Of a stretch of DNA of 64,000 nt, positions 59,556 through 64,000 are shown piece after piece. The notes beneath the pieces were generated by a model. The model saw nothing but the letters and a program-made list of their open reading frames with translations. It was not told where the DNA came from and made no database searches. The stretch's first letter is position 1; each line of letters starts with the position of its first letter. This DNA is from Centroscyllium fabricii (lineage: Eukaryota), in assembly GCA_051313645.2 (NCBI GenBank), contig JBNRSN020000009.1, forward strand, positions 44,888,001 to 44,952,000, read 5' to 3'. Made by a program: the position numbers and the translations under genes.

Positions 59556-62500
59556 GCCCGCAGCTCATGCTGGTCCACCATGCGGTCCATCTCCCGCTGG
59601 AAGACGGATACACCGTTGGTAACGCCAAAAGGGACCCGGAGGAAGTGATAGAGACAGTCGTTCGCCTCGAAGGCGGTGTACTGGCGGTCTTCGGGGCGGA
59701 TGAGGAGCTGGTGGTACGCGGACTTCAGGTCGATCGTTGAGAACACCCGTTATTGCGCAATCTGATTTACCATGTCAGAAATGCGTGGTAGGGGGTACGC
59801 GTCCAGCTGGGTATACCTATTTATGGTCTGACTGTAGTCGATTACCATGCGATTTTTCGCTCCGGTTTTAACGACTACCACTTGGGCTCTCCAGGGGCTG
59901 GTGCTAGCCTCGATGGCCCCCTCCTTCAGGAGCCACTGAACCTCGGCTTTGATAAAAAGCCTATCCCCCAAACTGTAGCGTCTGCTCTTTGTGGCTATTG
60001 GCTTGCAGTCCGGGGTGAGGTTAGCGAACAGTGGGGGAGGGGTGACCTTAAGGGTCGACAGGCCACAGACCGTGCGTGGCTGCGTTTTGGAAACCTGCCG
60101 GCTGCATACTGTGAGGGGGGGAGGGGCCCACCCTACTTCATCGTGACGCTGTCGAGGTGACTCTGGAAATCTAGCCCGAGCAGAACGGCAGCGCAGAGGT
60201 CAGGGAGGACAAAAAGCTTAAAGTTATTATAGACTGTGCCCCGCACAGACAAAGTGACAAAATAACAGCCGCCAACATCTGCAGTCTGAGTCCGAGAGGC
60301 CAGGGAAATCAGTTGGCGTGCCGGGCGGACCGGGATGGAAAGCCTCTTTACTGTGTCCGGGTGGATAAAACTTTCCGTGCTGCCGGAGTCAAAAAGACAG
60401 TTTGTATCGCGACCGTTTACCTTGATGTCCATAGTTGATCTGGCAAGCTGATGGGGCCTGGATTGGTCCAGGGTGATGGAGGCCAGGTGAGGCAGCAGCA
60501 GGTCCGATTCTCTAGCTGCAATCGGTGAGGTCTGTAGCAAAGATGGCGGCGCCCACGGGTCGCACGCGGCCGGGGAGGATTCAAAATGGCCGCCCGATTC
60601 AAGATGGCTGCTCGCACGTTCCCCACGCAGCTGGAGAAGATGGTGGCTGGAAGATGGCGGTGCCCACGAATCGCACGTGGCCGTCCAAGATGGCCGCTCG
60701 GCCGGGACACACGCGGCACTGCTGGGGTTGGGGGAGGATCTGGACTTGCAGACACTAGCGTAGTGCCCCTTTTTCTTACAGCCGGAGCACGTTGCTTCTC
60801 TCACCGGGCAGCGCTGTCTGGGGTGCTTGGTCTGGCCACAGAAGTAGCATTTCTGGGCGCGCGTTGCCGCTGCCGACATTAGCGGGGGCGGGGGGCAGTG
60901 GGGGTTGAAGTTCCTACCGTCCATGCTGGCTGCGCCCGCGCTGTCTGCGAGGTGGTTGGCTGGTCATAGGCCTCTGCATTCCAGTGTGCCACATCTAGTG
61001 ACTGTACCAGGGCTGCTGCAGCGTCACAGTCCAAGTCTTTATTTTCAAGCAGCCGCTGGCGAGTGTGGTTCGACTGTACACCGGTTACGATCGCATCGCG
61101 GATGAGCTCGTCGAGGTGGTCTTCCGCCGAGACGGCCTGGCGGCAGTCCAGCCCAAGTTCCCGCAGCGCCCGGATAAAATCGATAGCTGACTCGCCGGGT
61201 TGTTGGCTGCGGCTCAGAAGAAGGTGTCTCACGTAGACTGGGTTAACAGGGGCTGCAAACTGCTTTTTGAGGACCCGCATGGCTTCGATGTAGGTCGTTA
61301 CATGTCTGATCATCCCATAAATCGACGGGCTGACTCGGGACAACAGGACCGCCAGCTTGTTCGCGTCTAAAGCGACGGTGTCACCAGAGGCAGCCAGGAA
61401 CAGTTCAAAGCATTTGAGCCAGTGTTCAAACCTTCACGGGCTGCTGGCTGATTGGAGGTCTAGCTCCAGGAGCCGTGGCATCAGGATTTTGTCCATTGCC
61501 AAAAATCACTGCTAATAAAATTAATGCACGATCAATTATACTCAAAGACTGGTTGAGGTTCAACTTAGGCTTTTATTAGCAGTGATCAGAGCCAGGCTCC
61601 TTCCACAGTCAAGTCCAGGGGGAAAATGGAGAAAGCCCAGCAGCCGCTGGCTTTATACTCTGAATGTGGGTGGAGCCAGCACTGACCGAGTCCTCCGAGA
61701 ACCAAGGTTTACACACAGTGGTGGCGAACAGTATTGCAGGTAAATATGTACAAACAGTGAACAGACAGTGAACAACAAGGCAAACTATTTACACAATGGA
61801 TACGTGGTGGTAAACCATATTGTAGTTTACCACAGGATTCAGCGATGATAATGCCATTGGCTGTCTCCCTTCCTAGCAACGGTTCTCCAGGGGCTTCTAC
61901 TACAATGAACTCCGCCTGCTGAGTGCTCTTACCTATTGTAATCCCACATGTGTCACGCTATTTCCAGTCACAGTAAATACATAGTCATTTTGTTTTACTA
62001 CATTGTTCACACTGTGTTTCTTTGCATCCTTTGTGTGGCACATTTTGGAGAAGTGATCCTTTCCCTTGCACTTATGACACATTTGTCCGCGTGCTGGGCA
62101 TTTCGGATCTCTGCCCATGTGGTCTGTGTGTCCATATCTGTAGCTTTTCCTTTCGTTCTTATTGCCGTTTCCCTTTGGTTTCTCTGACGAGCTTTTCACA
62201 TGATACCCTCTTTTCCCTGTAACATGATGAACAGTATCTGTCTCCGCCTTCTCTGTACATGACATGGCTGACATCTGCTCCTCGACGTTTTCACATATTG
62301 AGGCCAGTTGCAATGTGTGGGCGAGCATTAAATCTTGCCCTTCCTCTAGCAATTTCCTCTGCACATAGGCTGACGTACACCAACTCAGGATAGCGTCTCT
62401 CATTTGATTATCCGCATCCCCCCCAAAAGCACAGTCCTTTGCAGCCTGCCGCAAGCGAGTGGCAAATTATTGCACAGTCTCACCTGTCTTCTGAGACAAC

Positions 62501-64000
62501 TTGTGAAAAGTCTGTCTAGCAAATGCTGCGTTGACCTGGGGAAGAAGTAGAGATTTAAAGCACTAACCGCCGCCGCGTAGTCTGCTGGCTCTCCTGTGTC
62601 CGGTAGAGTCGAAAGGATATCCCGGATATCTCGTCCTGCTAAGTGTAGGAGTAAAGCTCTTCTTCTCTGCTTTTCAGCATCTGTAGAGGTATCGTTGATA
62701 ATGAGTCCTTTGCCATCGGCATAAAGCTCAAAAGACGTGAACCACCTCATCCATCTCGGACCCAATGTGGCTGGCTTGGTGAAACATGCAAAATGTTGAA
62801 TGCCGGTCTCCTCCATCCTCACTAACTAAAGCTTGGGCACCTACCTATCTAAAACAATTCAGTTTATTTTCCTTGTCGCCAATATTGTATCTATGCTTCA
62901 ATACATTCAATCAGGCATGTAGATACATCGAATTAAATCACAGTTCAGTCAGACAGGTTCAAACTCAGTGTTCACTTTTATTCCCTAAGATGGCTTTTCC
63001 TCATGGCTTCTGCTGGTAGTTCCCACAATGCCATGCACATTACATACCGTAATAGTCGGTGTAAACTCGCCTCTTATATTACCGTATTACCTGGTGTAAA
63101 CACGCAATCAATACACGACAATACATTTGACAGGAAGACCTGTCAAATATATGAATGGAGATCACTCCAAAAACATAGTAAAACTTTAAAAAAAAAAATT
63201 TTTAAATCACATTTTTTAAATGATTTGAAATTGCAATATATTAACTATTTTAAACAAAAATTTTAATTTTTGAGAAAAGTAATTAAAGTTTTTTAGGGGC
63301 TTAAAAATAAACTTACCTTTTTTTAAAAGTATTTTTAAATGATAAATCAGTGAAAATTAAGAAAACATTTTTAAAAACTTTTTTCAAAGTCTTATCCTTA
63401 TGTCTGCTTTTACCAGGTGTAAGAATTGTAAGGGTTTTCTGCGGGCAGAGGATCTCCAAAAAGCGGAACTATCCGCCTGCAGAGGCCCTTCTCTAAGGCA
63501 GCCGCAGGCTCTGTCAAGAGCATTCGGAAATGCTGGTTTTCAGCGCATGTGCAGTGCATAACGGCATTTCCGATGTCCCTACGGGTGTGTACACAGCTCG
63601 CACACACCAGGAAGTCCTCCATGTCGGGATCGGAATACCTGGGCCATTATTGCTGTTTCGCAGTGACTGCCATTAGGCTTTACCAGTAGAGTAGACAGAG
63701 AGGTGCTCAGGGACATGACTCATGGTGCGATAACATCATTGTATCAATGATCATTGTTTGCCCACAAAACTCTTGATCCAGAAAGAAAAACCCTGAGTTG
63801 CAAAAATTTGTGCTGCAAATGCAGTATTCTGGGCTGTGCGGCGCTGCAAACTGGGTCAGTCCCAAACTGTTGCAATATGCAAGGGAAGGCGCCTTTTTTT
63901 CGTCCCCATCTAAATATTTTGCCTTTTTCCCCTCTTTCGATCTTCCAACTCGAAGAAACATTCTTCAGCTTAAGTAGTCGTCAGGCAAGCTGCCAGTTAC

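Larger units (their letters stand above)
52368..61834 (-). mobile_element. Gypsy element B, degenerate
   Basis: LTRs 52368-52678 and 61522-61834; TSD GGATT; fragmented gag-pol with YLDN. Confidence 0.93.
51688..61860 (-). mobile_element. CR1-like LINE (51688-52367 + 61835-61860) inserted in Gypsy D
   Basis: ORF 51727-52296; halves rejoin as catcgctgaatcc|cccactatcaac. Confidence 0.85.
50170..63120 (-). mobile_element. Gypsy element D, non-autonomous, carrying captured OFD1 cDNA
   Basis: LTRs 62883-63120 and 50170-50408; TSD ATACA; tRNA-type PBS tggcgacaagg; PPT aaaagggggg; decayed gag 62816-61933; protease tail LLGRETA..KLEVLQIG; pol C-terminus 50637-50962. Confidence 0.92.
49942..63645. 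mobile_element. Harbinger-like MITE (49942-50169 + 63126-63645) hosting Gypsy D
   Basis: ggcccatatttcccgatc / gatcggaatacctgggcc. Confidence 0.6.

Noticed and set aside
63650-64000. 84-aa ORF as a possible neighbouring gene such as CAMK1
   Set aside because: No kinase or other recognisable motif

Overview
Vertebrate genomic DNA, most likely a cartilaginous fish (shark), judged from HE1/V-SINE-like and Deu-domain SINEs and the CR1 families; most of the window is transposon-derived. Host content: the last two coding exons of OGG1 (+), a processed PABPC fragment just after its stop, and an intron-containing EEF1A-family pseudogene (-, exons 3-8, about 27.3-35.9 kb). Mobile elements: a near-complete PIF/Harbinger transposon inside a SINE, itself interrupted by a very young Tf1/sushi chromovirus; three Ty3/Gypsy elements with a YLDN RT motif and a self-complementary, non-tRNA primer site; Penelope-like pieces with hammerhead motifs; CR1, L2, Rex1 and Tx1 LINEs; several MITEs. 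Best finding: a Gypsy element (50170-63120) whose pol is largely replaced by a spliced OFD1 cDNA with permuted exon order (6-7-8-13-14 then 4-5). This looks like a back-spliced circular RNA captured by an LTR retrotransposon. Homologies and human exon boundaries were recalled from memory, not searched; boundaries of old repeats are approximate.
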